A stretch of DNA of 60,159 bases, counting the filler. It is 6 parts of 6 records of this genome, joined end to end, with 100 filler letters (N's around TTAATTAATTAA, not from the genome) between each part and the next. Parts side by side here need not be neighbours in the genome. Positions count along the whole stretch, not along the records: positions 28,304 to 34,032 come from SRR31156797_36777; positions 34,133 to 44,335 come from SRR31156797_36786; 4 more parts are not named here. One strand, given 5' to 3'. The translations under genes and the position numbers were made by a program. Below, one piece after another: positions 28,306-40,299 of this stretch. Position 1 is the stretch's first letter; each line of letters opens with the position of its first letter. The notes beneath the pieces are model-generated. The model was not told where the DNA came from. It searched no databases and saw only the letters and a program-made list of their open reading frames with translations.

Positions 28306-30276
28306 ATGGGGAATTACGAAAGTGTGGTTACCATTGGTATGCGTGGCGATGGAGATGAAGGAATGTCGGAAGAAACAGCGGTTGATCTACTTCAAACAAT
28401 TATTAAAGACCAGCGCGAAATAATTGCAGATGTTACCGGAAAACCTGCAGAAGAAACACCGCAGGTTTGGGCCATTTACAAAGAAGTGCAGGATTACTAC
28501 GACAAAGGAATGCGGGTTGATGAGGATATAACCGTTTTATTTAGCGACGACAATTGGGGAAATATCCGGTACCTGCCGAAAAAAGAAGACCTTGATCATC
28601 CGGGAGGATACGGAATGTACTATCATTTCGATTATGTTGGAGGCCCTGTATCCTACAGGTGGTTGAATACCACACAGATTGAACGTGTGTGGGAGCAAAT
28701 GAAGATTACTTATGAACATGGTGTGAAAAATATATGGATCGCCAATGTTGGTGATATAAAACCCATGGAACTACCCATTAGTTTCTTTTTGGATTTTGCC
28801 TGGAATCCGGATGCTATAGAGGGCAAAGACTTACCGGCATATTATGAGCATTTTGCAAAACAACAGTTTGGAGAATCTTTTGCGAAAGAAATAGCCGCGC
28901 TACTTTCGCTTTATACCAAATACAATGCAAGGCGCACACCCGAAATGCTCTTGGCTGAAACATATAGTATCGAAAATTACCGCGAAGCAGATAAGGTGGT
29001 TAAGGAATACCGATTACTGGAAACTAAGGCTAAAAAGATATATGCTGAACTTGCCGCTGAGTATAAATCAGCTTTTTACCAGTTGGTGCTTTCACCGATC
29101 GAATTGTGTGCCAACCTAAACGAAATGTATGTGGCTGCCGGTAAGAATAAATATTATGCCGAACGAGGGGCAGCATCAGCTAATTATTATGCTGGTAAAG
29201 TGAAAGAGTTGTTTGAAAAAGATGCAGAACTTACGCAGAAATATCATGTTTTGGAAGGTGGTAAATGGAATCACATGATGTCGCAAACCCACATTGGTTA
29301 TACATATTGGAATCATCCACCTCTAAACAAAATGCCTGCTGTTTCGTATGTGCAGGTGCAAAAAGAAGCAGAATTGGGGTACCTGTTGGAATATGGCAAA
29401 ACTCCACCGTGGGGGTGGCTCGATGTTGAGGCCGACTGGGCATTTAGCGAAGAAATGCCGGTTTTCGATCCTGTAAATAAGCAGGAATACTATATCGATA
29501 TTATCAATAAAGGAGAGGAAGAACTAAGCTATACATTAAAAGCAAAAGAGGATTGGATTAAAATATCTTCCGAAACCGGAACGACTCAATTTAACGAAAA
29601 GGTTTATGTAAGTATCGACTGGGAAAATGCTCCAAAAGAAAATGCAACAGGTGAAATTTTAATAGCAGGTGCAGGGAAAAAATATGTTGTACAGGTGCCC
29701 ATTCAAAATGATCTTCCATTAGTATCAGGTTTTGTTGAAAATAATGGTGTTGTTGCATTTGAAGCTTCTAATTTTACCAGAAAGACAGAAACAAGTGAGG
29801 GAAATTGGACGGTTGTGCCAAATCTTGGGCGAACTAATTCTTCAATTATCGCAGAACCTGTAAATGCTGAGAGACAATCTCTTGAAAACGATCCGCCAAG
29901 TGTTGAATATGATTTTACTGTCTTCAACAAAGGAGAAATAACTGTTGAAACATTCTTCTCTCCAACACAAGATTACAAAAAACAAGGTGGTTTAAAACTT
30001 GCCATTGCTATCGACGATGAGGAACCTCAAATTGTAAATATGAACAAAGACGAAGAAGTACCTGATTGGAAATACGCGGATTGGTGGAGTCAATCGGTTG
30101 GCGACCATATCAAAATACGAAAATCGAAACATCAAATAGATGAACCGGGTGAACATACCCTAAAGATTTGGATGATTGATTCGGGTATTGTAATTCAAAG
30201 GTTTGTAATTGATGCCGGTGGTAAGAGAAATTCATACCTGGGAGCACCTGAAGGTAAATATATTGAACAGAGATAG
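28306..30276 (+). CDS. GH115 alpha-glucuronidase, 5' truncated
   Basis: TIGMRGDGD, WAIYKEV, SDDNWGN, GMYYHFDYVG, NVGDIKPMELP, C-terminal SYLGAPE. Confidence 0.93.
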   Translation: MGNYESVVTIGMRGDGDEGMSEETAVDLLQTIIKDQREIIADVTGKPAEETPQVWAIYKEVQDYYDKGMRVDEDITVLFSDDNWGNIRYLPKKEDLDHPGGYGMYYHFDYVGGPVSYRWLNTTQIERVWEQMKITYEHGVKNIWIANVGDIKPMELPISFFLDFAWNPDAIEGKDLPAYYEHFAKQQFGESFAKEIAALLSLYTKYNARRTPEMLLAETYSIENYREADKVVKEYRLLETKAKKIYAELAAEYKSAFYQLVLSPIELCANLNEMYVAAGKNKYYAERGAASANYYAGKVKELFEKDAELTQKYHVLEGGKWNHMMSQTHIGYTYWNHPPLNKMPAVSYVQVQKEAELGYLLEYGKTPPWGWLDVEADWAFSEEMPVFDPVNKQEYYIDIINKGEEELSYTLKAKEDWIKISSETGTTQFNEKVYVSIDWENAPKENATGEILIAGAGKKYVVQVPIQNDLPLVSGFVENNGVVAFEASNFTRKTETSEGNWTVVPNLGRTNSSIIAEPVNAERQSLENDPPSVEYDFTVFNKGEITVETFFSPTQDYKKQGGLKLAIAIDDEEPQIVNMNKDEEVPDWKYADWWSQSVGDHIKIRKSKHQIDEPGEHTLKIWMIDSGIVIQRFVIDAGGKRNSYLGAPEGKYIEQR

Positions 30277-30349
30277 TAACGGAGGTTTTATTCGCTAGGA
30301 TTATTATTTGGAGGAAAAGATTAAAAACTTATCCGTAAAAGACATATTA

Positions 30350-31084
30350 ATGAAAAAGATCTATTACCAACTAAGAAATCTTGTAATTTGCATTTCATTT
30401 CTAACAATTGTTTCTTGTTCAAATGAAACGGCAGATCAATCATTCTGTATCACTGCCGATTCTGATCAGATAGAAGGAGAACAGGATGGATTTCGTTATG
30501 AATTATGGAATCAGTATTCACAGGGTACGGCATGTATGACTCTGGGGAGCAGAGCCTTATTTAGTGGCAAATGGAAGGATGTTGAAAATTACCTGGCCCG
30601 AAGAGGATTAAGCTATGATCAAACACAGGAGTACCAGGAAATAGGAAGATTTTATTCCCAATTTGATTGTGATTACAATCCGTCTGATTCTTCCGGGATG
30701 TCGTATTTGTCCATATATGGGTGGACGGTGGAACCTTTGGCGGAGTATTATATCATTGAAAACTGGAGTCGCTGGATACCTTCAATGGCTGAAGAAGCTG
30801 TATTTAAAGATTCCATTGTTATTAATGGAAGCGTATATGATATTTTCGAAAGTATACGAATTAATCAACCTTCCATTGTTGGTGATACCATATTTCCACA
30901 ATATTTTAGTATTCGCAGAGAGAAACGAAACGCTGGAAAGATCAATATCTCCGATCACTTTGAGAAGTGGGAAGAATTAGGAATGGAGATGGGTAAGTTG
31001 CATGAAGTATCGTTTGTGGTAGAAGGATTTCAAAACTATGGAACTTTCGAATTTAAAGAGCTGGATATTTATACGACAGAATAA
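30350..31084 (+). CDS. GH11 endo-1,4-beta-xylanase, lipoprotein
   Basis: Lipobox VSC; SYLSIYGW, PLAEYYIIE (nucleophile), NQPSIVG, FPQYFSIR, VEGFQ (acid/base). Confidence 0.92.
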   Translation: MKKIYYQLRNLVICISFLTIVSCSNETADQSFCITADSDQIEGEQDGFRYELWNQYSQGTACMTLGSRALFSGKWKDVENYLARRGLSYDQTQEYQEIGRFYSQFDCDYNPSDSSGMSYLSIYGWTVEPLAEYYIIENWSRWIPSMAEEAVFKDSIVINGSVYDIFESIRINQPSIVGDTIFPQYFSIRREKRNAGKINISDHFEKWEELGMEMGKLHEVSFVVEGFQNYGTFEFKELDIYTTE

Positions 31085-31212
31085 CCTTCTTCAAAAGAAG
31101 AGAATTAAAATCAACTATAACTAATGTCTATAGGCATTTTTACTTTTTTCTGTTTTACACAAGGGTAAAGTGTAAAAAAGATAAGAACTGTTCTGATTAA
31201 AATTAAGTTACG

Positions 31213-34032
31213 ATGATTAAAAAACTAATGTGGTCACTTTTTGTGTTGCAATTTGTGCTGTTGCTTGGTAATTGTACGGTAAAAGAGCAAAATGAATCAG
31301 AAAAAAGTAACACTGTTTCCCTTAGTGGAAAATGGCAATTTCAACTTGATCCTGCAAATGAAGGTATCACAAATAAATGGTTTCTGAAACATTTGTCTGA
31401 TGAGATAGATTTGCCCGGAACAACTGATGTTCAAAAGAAAGGTGAATTAAATACAAAAACCGAGTACGGTAGGTTTACGCGTCTTTATCCTTATCATGGA
31501 GCGGCCTGGTATCAAAAAGAAATAGAAATTTCTTCTACCTGGAACGGAAAGGAATTCCTGCTTTTTATGGAACTTACCAAAGCTTCATCAGTTTGGGTTG
31601 ACGGGCAATACATGGGCAAAGAAATTAGTTTAACAGCTCCTCACATTTATAACCTGACTCAAAAGCTTACTACTGGTAAACATTTGATTTCTGTTAGAAT
31701 TGATAACAGCGATAATCCTCCGGTTGGCTGGCCGCATCAAATAAGTGACCAAACCCAGACCAATTGGAATGGTATTTTAGGACGTATTGAATTACAGGTT
31801 AAAGATTTGGTCTGGATTGAAGATGTACAGGTATATCCTGATATTCATGATAAAAGAGTTGAAGTAAAAGTGAAGTTCAACAAAGCGTGCTCAGGAACAT
31901 TAAAGCTTAAGGCCAAAGCATGGAATACCAGCGTTGAACATATTGTTCCTCGGAAAATTGTTGAATTTGAAACAACAGAAGGGAAGGAATATACCACTTC
32001 TTTGGAAATGGGTGAAAATGTACAATTATGGGATGAATTTAATCCGGCTTTGTACAAACTCGTAGTGGAGTACAATGGAAAATCTGAAGAAAAGTCTATA
32101 AAAGATACCAGGGAAATTGACTTTGGGATGAGGAAGTTCAGTACCAATGGTTCTCAATTTCAGGTAAACGGGAAAACGGTTTTTTTAAGAGGTAAACATG
32201 AATCTCATGTATTCCCGGTTACCGGGCATGTACCTATGGAGGTGGATGAGTGGATTAGAATCTTTAAAATAGCTAAATCGTACGGCATTAATCATTATCG
32301 TTACCATACCTGTGTTCCCTCTGAAGCTGCATTTGCTGCTGCCGATATTGTAGGAATTTATCTTGAACCACAATTGCCTCGTTGGGGACAGGTGGGTGAT
32401 TCTCAACTGCAGTTTACGCTGGAAGATGTTGAAATTAAAAAAGATGCTTCGGATGCTACAGAGCTGGTGGAATACATGTTATTTGAAGGTTTTAAAATAT
32501 TGGAAACCTTTGGTAATCATGCTTCTTTTTGTATGTTCTCGCTGGGGAACGAATTGCATGGCGACAGAAAGTTGTTATCGCAGATGGTGAGTCGGTTTAA
32601 AGAAGCAGACAACAGGCATTTGTATGCTTCCGGTTCCAATAATTTCCTTTGGTCGCCGGAATTGTCTCCGGGTGATGATTTTTGGACAACGACTTTTACC
32701 GGTGGGCATTACACCCCGGGGAAGTATTATCCTGATACAAAGGGCCTCGATACAAGAAGCTCTTATCCGGTACATACCGTTGGGCAGATTAACAATGTTT
32801 ACCCCAATACTACCTATACCTACAGTAGCGGAATAAAGAGTGTTCCTGTTCCGGTAATCAGTCATGAAAACGGGCAGTTTCAGGTTTATCCGAACTTTGA
32901 TGAAATAGAAAAGTTTACCGGTGTGGTGCGTGCAAAAAATTATGAAGCATATCGTGATCGATTGGAAAAAGCAGGTATGCTCGATCAGGCGAATGATTTC
33001 TTTAAAGCTTCAGGTGCCTTGTCGGTGCTTTGTTACAGAGCAGATATTGAAACCGCTATTCGTACAAAAGGATTTGGTGGATTTCAAATGCTCGACCTGC
33101 AGGATTTTCCGGGGCAAGGGACAGCTCTGGTTGGTATTCTCGACGTTTTTATGGATTCAAAAGGTTTGATCACGCCCGAAAAGTGGCGGGAATTCTGTAG
33201 CCCGGTTGTTCCATTGTTGAAAATGGAAAAATACACCTGGACCAGTGACGAAAAGTTTGCTGGGCAAATCAGTTTAGCAAATTATGGTTGCGACGATATA
33301 AATTCAACCCTAAGCTGGGAGCTTGTTAATGCTAAAAAAAGCTTAGTAGCCAGTGGAGAAATAAACATTCAATCGTTACAAGGTACGGTAACCGATCTTG
33401 AATCCATTAATGTTGATTTGTCAGGCATTTCTACTCCTCAGAAATTGGAATTCCGTTTGGCGGTAAAGGAGTCAAAGGCAAAAAATACTTACCCGTTGTG
33501 GGTTTATCCTGCAAAAGTTAAAACCAACACATTTGAAGGAATAACCATTGCCAATACGCTAGATGAACCAACCATTAAGAAACTGGAAAATGGAGACAAG
33601 GTATTGTTGTTACCCGACTCAACTTTGTTAACGAACGCTGTTGATGGTGCGTTTCAAAGCGACTTTTGGTGTTATCCGATGTTTAAAAAATATTCACCTC
33701 CGGGGACATTGGGAATTTTATGTGATCCAGGTCATCCTGTTTTTAAGGAGTTTCCAACTGAATTTCATTCCAACTGGCAGTGGTGGTCCATGTTAAAACA
33801 CGGAAAAGCAATGATACTCGACAGCATTCCGGTTGATTTCCGGCCTTTAGTTCAGGTGATTGATAATTTTGAACGAAACCACAAACTGGCAGTAATGTTT
33901 GAATGTAAAGTGGGAGAAGGTAAACTGCTGGTATGTAGTTGTAACCTGCAGAATCAACAGCAATACCCCGAGGCGCGTCAATTGTTGCATAGTATTCTTG
34001 GTTATATGGACTGTGATAAATTTCATCCGGAA
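31213..34032 (+). CDS. GH2-like glycoside hydrolase, probable lipoprotein, 3' truncated
   Basis: SLSGKWQF, NWNGILG, LWDEFNPALY, YGINHYRYH, SLGNEL, ISHENG, DFPGQGTALVG. Confidence 0.88.
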
Positions 34033-34132
34033 NNNNNNNNNNNNNNNNNNNNNNNNNNNNNNNNNNNNNNNNNNNNTTAATTAATTAANNNNNNNNNNNN
34101 NNNNNNNNNNNNNNNNNNNNNNNNNNNNNNNN
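34033..34132. other. Artificial contig linker
   Basis: 44 N + TTAATTAATTAA + 44 N. Confidence 0.99.
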
Positions 34133-34285
34133 GGTAATTTCCTGGCTTCTTTCTGCCTGGGCTACTATATACCGGACATCAGCCCCGAGGCTGGAGAGTT
34201 TTTCCATAACCGGAATAATAAACCGGGTGTGATGGAGGAGGGCAACATAGGCGATGACTTTTTTATTCTTCCAGAAATTATCCAT
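34133..34285 (-). CDS. Hypothetical protein, N-terminal fragment
   Basis: MDNFWKNKKVIAYVALLHHTRF; start overlaps the upstream gene's end; runs into the linker. Confidence 0.6.
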
Positions 34286-35483
34286 TGGCACTACCTTTTA
34301 GTTCGGGACGGTTGGGGGACAGATTCCTTTTGGCAATATCTATGAGGATATAGGCAAGCTCTGTTTCGTCCGTGTGGGAAATAATGATCTCATTTACCAA
34401 TTCGTTAAATACATCCCTGTCATTGGTCCAGATTTTATATCCTTCCACATGGGGCGGGATCATGGGGTCAAAAATAAGGGTGGGTATGCCTAAAACCGAA
34501 GAAACTTCAGTGCAATAACAGTCAGAACAGGCAAGGACGGCATCGGCCATAACGATTTCCGTGGGATGGTTTAAGTCATGGAAGGAGTAGGAAAAAAGGG
34601 GTAATTCTGTGTTGCTGACGGTTTCAATGATCTGCTTGTGGGTGTGTGATCCCCTTACCTGGTCCTTTCCATAGGAAAACATCAGGTGGATTTTGTCTGC
34701 CACGGGTTTGAGTTGTGCTACCAGGTCTTTGTATTCATATGACATGGCAACATTATGGGGAATATAAACAAGGGTTTTTTCGGGCGGTATATTCTGGCGC
34801 TTATACCGAAGTCCCATTCCGTTTCTCCATAGGGTATGGGTCACAGGGGAGAAAAATTTGCCTTCATATCTGGGAACCCGCCAGATTTTCCGTGATAGAG
34901 ATGCCTCAGGCCCCCTCAGGTATGCATGGCTTTCTTTCCGGGTTGTAATGATACCGTCCATGAGGGAAGGGGCCAGGGTCCAGCGGGTGGCCAGGGGCAA
35001 GAGTTCATACCCGATCACCGGAACCTTGTTCATTTTTGCAAGATGAACCCAGGCATAAAATATCCTTTCTTCACTTTCTCCTGAGCCAAGGGGGGTCGGT
35101 ATCTGGAGCACAACTCCTGTGACATTTTCTTCATTGGGGGCATTGATGAATGCCTGATAGAGATTTCCGCTGCCAAGGTCATCCAAAAGGAGCACCTGCC
35201 AGAATTTCAGGCCCTCTGAAAAATCCTTGTTTCCCAACTGATCTCTTTTCCGGCAGTATCCTTCATAGGTATTGTGTTTTGACTTTGACCCGATTTTAAA
35301 AATAGTCGGTTTAAGCTTGGCGGTTAGTTCCAAGGTCTTTTTTGAGGTTTCGGGAATGAGAAATTTTAAGTTCAACAACTCTTTGATCCGTAATTGAATC
35401 AATTCAAGAAAATCAATGAGGCTGGGAGTGACCTGGTTGTCCTGGAGCACCCAGTAAAGGACAGGTTTTTTATTTTGTTTCAT
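34278..35483 (-). CDS. Hypothetical protein, possibly GT-B fold
   Basis: 401-aa ORF; VPVIGYE and ADAVLAC...GIPTLIFD segments recall GT-B enzymes. Confidence 0.65.
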   Translation of the reverse strand: MKQNKKPVLYWVLQDNQVTPSLIDFLELIQLRIKELLNLKFLIPETSKKTLELTAKLKPTIFKIGSKSKHNTYEGYCRKRDQLGNKDFSEGLKFWQVLLLDDLGSGNLYQAFINAPNEENVTGVVLQIPTPLGSGESEERIFYAWVHLAKMNKVPVIGYELLPLATRWTLAPSLMDGIITTRKESHAYLRGPEASLSRKIWRVPRYEGKFFSPVTHTLWRNGMGLRYKRQNIPPEKTLVYIPHNVAMSYEYKDLVAQLKPVADKIHLMFSYGKDQVRGSHTHKQIIETVSNTELPLFSYSFHDLNHPTEIVMADAVLACSDCYCTEVSSVLGIPTLIFDPMIPPHVEGYKIWTNDRDVFNELVNEIIISHTDETELAYILIDIAKRNLSPNRPELKGSANG

Positions 35484-35797
35484 ACGGTATTAATTCCCCG
35501 GGGGGTTAAAATGGAATACATGTTCCTATGGGGGTTCATCCTGCCATAATTGAGTTCTTTTTTTCAAGGGTTTAAATTTTGCCGCCGGTCCACGGCTTCC
35601 TGTTTGAGCCGTTCAAGGAATCGCTCCCCATTTTTTAAAAACTATTGTAATCAGGTTCTGCATAAACTATCATGGCATACGCCTTTATTGAAAGGGTATT
35701 CGCTATTATGGCATCTCCGGTTGTGCTTGGTGGCATAACCGGAAAAAAGAATGTGTTGGATTGGGATGACAAAGTACTAATTAGATTGTTGCTTTAG

Positions 35798-36805
<1,008 letters not shown>

Positions 36806-36807
36806 AA

Positions 36808-37434
36808 TTAATTTTTCTGCAATAAAAACCAATTAAGATCGTCGTCGGGAAAGTTGGGGTCCCGTCTGTACACAAATCCGTAATCGATTAGGCTGAGCGT
36901 TGAATACCGGTCCATGATCTCCCCTGCAAAATCACGTTTGAACAGCCTGTTTTTATGGCCCCGGTAGGGCACCTCCACCGGACTGGGATTATAATATTCA
37001 TAAATGAGGATATAGTTTGAAGAGGCTTGGTACAATGTTTCGTATACCTTGGGAAGGGCCTGGGGGGCAATATGTATCAGGACGCCTGCGGTAAATGTCA
37101 GGTCACAAATCGTCTCTGGTGTGAACTCAATGATGGAGTCATGGAAAATATGTGAATTTTCAAGCGCCTGTGCAATTTTGACGGCCTTTTCATTGATTTC
37201 CACCCCGTAAAGGTTGGCATCCGGGCGCAGCCTTTGGATGGCCTTGAGGTTTAATCCGATGTTGCAGCCCAGTTCCAATACCGAATTCACCGAGCGGGTT
37301 GATGATAAAATTTTTGAAAACAAGGCGGTTTTACTGCTTAAAAGTGCCTGGCCTTCATTCCGTGAAATATAGTCGTTGCCGAATTCGCCTGCCCAGAAAT
37401 TTTCTTGTTCCGTCTCGTACATATTTATATCCAT
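36808..37434 (-). CDS. Pseudaminic acid biosynthesis-associated methylase
   Basis: QENFWAGEFGNDYISRN, ELGCNIGLNL, EYYNPSP, LFKRDFAGE, WFLL. Confidence 0.92.
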   Translation of the reverse strand: MDINMYETEQENFWAGEFGNDYISRNEGQALLSSKTALFSKILSSTRSVNSVLELGCNIGLNLKAIQRLRPDANLYGVEINEKAVKIAQALENSHIFHDSIIEFTPETICDLTFTAGVLIHIAPQALPKVYETLYQASSNYILIYEYYNPSPVEVPYRGHKNRLFKRDFAGEIMDRYSTLSLIDYGFVYRRDPNFPDDDLNWFLLQKN

Positions 37435-38729
37435 TCAAATGATTTTGAAAATTCATCCATGGCCTGTTCTCCTTTTTTCAAAGGGGGATTATCAGGGGTG
37501 TAGAACATGGCCCGGTTGTTTTCCGAAAATGTCCATTCTTTTTCATCTGCCCTTTGAGGCCGCGCCTTTTCTACTAAGGGATCTTGTGCATCATCGTGCA
37601 TCCATGCGGCGTCTTTGACCTGCCAATTCCCCTGGTTGTCTTTTTCCCAGATATCCAAATCCCTCATGGGCGCAATAAAATCATAAAATTCTTTTTTGGT
37701 GATCCCCATAAATTCACAATAGAATTCCAGGGTGCTTGGTTCCCTTCCATCGTATTCCTTAACCAAAGCCATTCCCTCTTCTCTTGTCATCCTGCCGTGA
37801 CGGATCTCCATTGAGGCATCGTCTGTGGTCCGGCCGTATCCGAATTTTAAATATTTAAGATAATCATGGACATCATTGGCATGGTCTTCGATTTTTCCGT
37901 GCAGGTTAAAGGTCCGTTCCCGTTTGAATGTAATGGGAGAAAAGTCCCAGGCTTCCATCATCTGCCTTGCCTGCTCTTTTGCATTCCAGTACAGGAAATT
38001 GCTCAGGTAAACCCCCCGCACCTCAACCCGTTCCAGGTCTTGGTCTGAGGGGTTGACATAGGGGGCGATATCCTTTCGGGTGATCCCGCCTTGGCCGATG
38101 AGGTCTTCCGGCTCAATGCCTCTCATATCATGCTCTTTTCGTTTCCACCGGGTGTGCTCCACAAAATCTTCAAGGGAAACAATACCGGTTAATTCGGCAA
38201 ATCCGTGCTCCCCCCATACAATGAGGGGGATGTTTTTTTCCACTGCCACCTGAAAGGGAACGGTCTGGATGCCGGCATGGTAATGCCAGGTCAGGTCGCC
38301 GACTCTCTCCAGCATATACCTGGAGATTTTTTTAACCGAGTCTTTTCCTGCCGTATACCTGATAAGATCACATCCTGATTTATCGGCCAGGTTTTGTAAA
38401 TTTCGATTTCCGGCAGGGGAGTTGAATCCGTGGTTAAAGGTCACCAAAAGGGGATTCATCTTATATTTTTCCTTGAGCAGCCATACCTGAAAATGGGAAT
38501 CCTTGCCCCCGCTCACCGGAATGATGCAGTCATGGCTGTTTCCCCGGTCTTTTGCCATTTGTTTGGCTTCGTCCACGATTTCCTGGAAAATTTCTTCCCG
38601 TTCTTCCCAGTCAATTTCAAGCTTCATCCGGCTTTCATGGTATCTGCAGCCTGAGCAGACCCCTTCATCGTCAAAAATAATGGTGGGTTTTGCATTTTCC
38701 GGATACAAACATCTTTTACAATACCTCAT
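37425..38729 (-). CDS. N-acetyl sugar amidotransferase (PseA/WbuX family)
   Basis: MRYCKRC...CSGC, PP-loop PVSGGKDS, YLKFGYGR, IRHGRMTREE. Confidence 0.92.
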   Translation of the reverse strand: MRYCKRCLYPENAKPTIIFDDEGVCSGCRYHESRMKLEIDWEEREEIFQEIVDEAKQMAKDRGNSHDCIIPVSGGKDSHFQVWLLKEKYKMNPLLVTFNHGFNSPAGNRNLQNLADKSGCDLIRYTAGKDSVKKISRYMLERVGDLTWHYHAGIQTVPFQVAVEKNIPLIVWGEHGFAELTGIVSLEDFVEHTRWKRKEHDMRGIEPEDLIGQGGITRKDIAPYVNPSDQDLERVEVRGVYLSNFLYWNAKEQARQMMEAWDFSPITFKRERTFNLHGKIEDHANDVHDYLKYLKFGYGRTTDDASMEIRHGRMTREEGMALVKEYDGREPSTLEFYCEFMGITKKEFYDFIAPMRDLDIWEKDNQGNWQVKDAAWMHDDAQDPLVEKARPQRADEKEWTFSENNRAMFYTPDNPPLKKGEQAMDEFSKSFEWI

Positions 38730-39501
38730 AGGTGACCTGTCCTTCCTGTCTGATTGGATACCCTTTTCCAGCCAGATACCGTTTTGCCTGCTTGGTTGCA
38801 TGCTCTTTGTAATGAAAAATATTGGCCGCTGCCACGGCATCTGCGCCTGCATCCAGACCCTGGGCCATGTGCTTCCAAAGGAAAACACCGCCAAAGGCAA
38901 TGACAGGGACATTTACCGAACGGCAAACAGATTTCAGGTTTTTTAAATCATATCCTTTTCTGTTTCCGTCAAAATCCATGGCGTTGAAAAAGATTTCTCC
39001 CGCCCCCTGGTCCACCATTCTTTTGGCCCATTGGTCCGGTGGGGTATCAATAAATAATTGCCCGCGGTCGATGCCGATGCCCGTCTGCCCGTCCGGTGTC
39101 TGTTTCACGTCCATGGAACCGACAATACACTGGACGCCGAACCGTTTGGCCAAGCGGCTGACAAGATCCGTATCTCTGTGAAAGGCTGAATTCAGAACCA
39201 GTTTGTCCGCACCGTTTTCTATCAATGATGCGCCATAGTCCTCTGAATTTATCCACCCCCCTGCGGCAAGGGGAACAAAGCAGGTTGAAGATACATGGGT
39301 CAGGATATCTAAAAACTGCTGTTGGGAGGTTTCGGACCGGGACACATTCAAAAGCACCATCTCATCCACGGCCCACCGGTTGAATGCCTCTACTGCGTGA
39401 AAGGCATCGTAGTGAATGACATTGGTGTGTTTGAAGCGGACACTTTGAACAACGCCGCCGTCCCGAATAATGATGACCGCTATGACTCTGTTTTTAAGCA
39501 T
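38716..39501 (-). CDS. HisF-like cyclase subunit (WbuZ-like)
   Basis: MLKNRVIA, AGGWI, GADK, GAGEI, DGNRKGYD, AAANIFH; located within the glycan cluster. Confidence 0.9.
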   Translation of the reverse strand: MLKNRVIAVIIIRDGGVVQSVRFKHTNVIHYDAFHAVEAFNRWAVDEMVLLNVSRSETSQQQFLDILTHVSSTCFVPLAAGGWINSEDYGASLIENGADKLVLNSAFHRDTDLVSRLAKRFGVQCIVGSMDVKQTPDGQTGIGIDRGQLFIDTPPDQWAKRMVDQGAGEIFFNAMDFDGNRKGYDLKNLKSVCRSVNVPVIAFGGVFLWKHMAQGLDAGADAVAAANIFHYKEHATKQAKRYLAGKGYPIRQEGQVTYEVL

Positions 39502-40114
39502 GATGAATGAAATTGCTCAGTATTTTTAAACCGGGGGTCTGGCTTTTTTCCGGATGAAATTGTACTCCCCATACATTTGAATGTCTGAAAATCGAGGAGA
39601 ACGCCTCTCCATAATCCGTTGTGCCCACATTGACCGACGGGTCATTGGGTTTTACGCAATAGCTGTGGACAAAGTAAAAATCCTGCTCTTTGCCCAGGCC
39701 CTCCACCAGGGGGTCTTGGGCAACAAAGGACACGGTGTTCCATCCCATGTGGGGAACCTTGAGTCCGTTTTTTGTCCCAAGGGACCGGACGGATGCATCC
39801 ACGATTCCCAGGCCTTTATCTGATCCTTCTTCGGACCAAAGGCAGAGCATCTGCATACCCAGGCAGATGCCGAGGACCTTATTACGGGTGTCGGACAGAT
39901 ACCGCTTGAGCGGTTTAAACAATTCTTTTTCCTTTAGGTTCCGGCAAACGGAATCAAAGGCGCCAACCCCCGGGAAAATAAGTTTTTTAACGGAGCACAG
40001 ATCTGAATCAGAGGCGATTATCTTGACATCGGGAACCCCGATTTTTGATAATGCATTTTTAACCGAGCGAATATTCCCGCACCCATATTCAAGTATGCCG
40101 ATGTCCATAGTCAT
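39494..40114 (-). CDS. HisH-like glutamine amidotransferase (WbuY-like)
   Basis: PGVGAF, GICLGMQ, PHMGWN, FYFVHSY, QFHPEKS. Confidence 0.93.
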   Translation of the reverse strand: MTMDIGILEYGCGNIRSVKNALSKIGVPDVKIIASDSDLCSVKKLIFPGVGAFDSVCRNLKEKELFKPLKRYLSDTRNKVLGICLGMQMLCLWSEEGSDKGLGIVDASVRSLGTKNGLKVPHMGWNTVSFVAQDPLVEGLGKEQDFYFVHSYCVKPNDPSVNVGTTDYGEAFSSIFRHSNVWGVQFHPEKSQTPGLKILSNFIHHA

Positions 40115-40299
40115 ATTTTTTATTTTTTTACGGGTATTAATAAATTGTCCCCTCTTCCAGAAATTCGGATGCTATAGATAATTCTTTAGTATTTTTATTT
40201 ACTGAAGTCAAAGCATGAAACCATTGATTTTGCCGGGGAAGACGTATATCTTTTTTTTATATGATGACAGCACACCGATATTAAAGGGTAATAGATCAG

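Noticed and set aside
35670-35740. TGGCAT motifs upstream of pseB as sigma54 promoters
   Set aside because: None has TTGC at the required -12 spacing.
38716-40114. hisF/hisH as histidine biosynthesis genes
   Set aside because: They are coupled to a sugar amidotransferase with no other his genes nearby, so they are ammonia-supplying paralogues.
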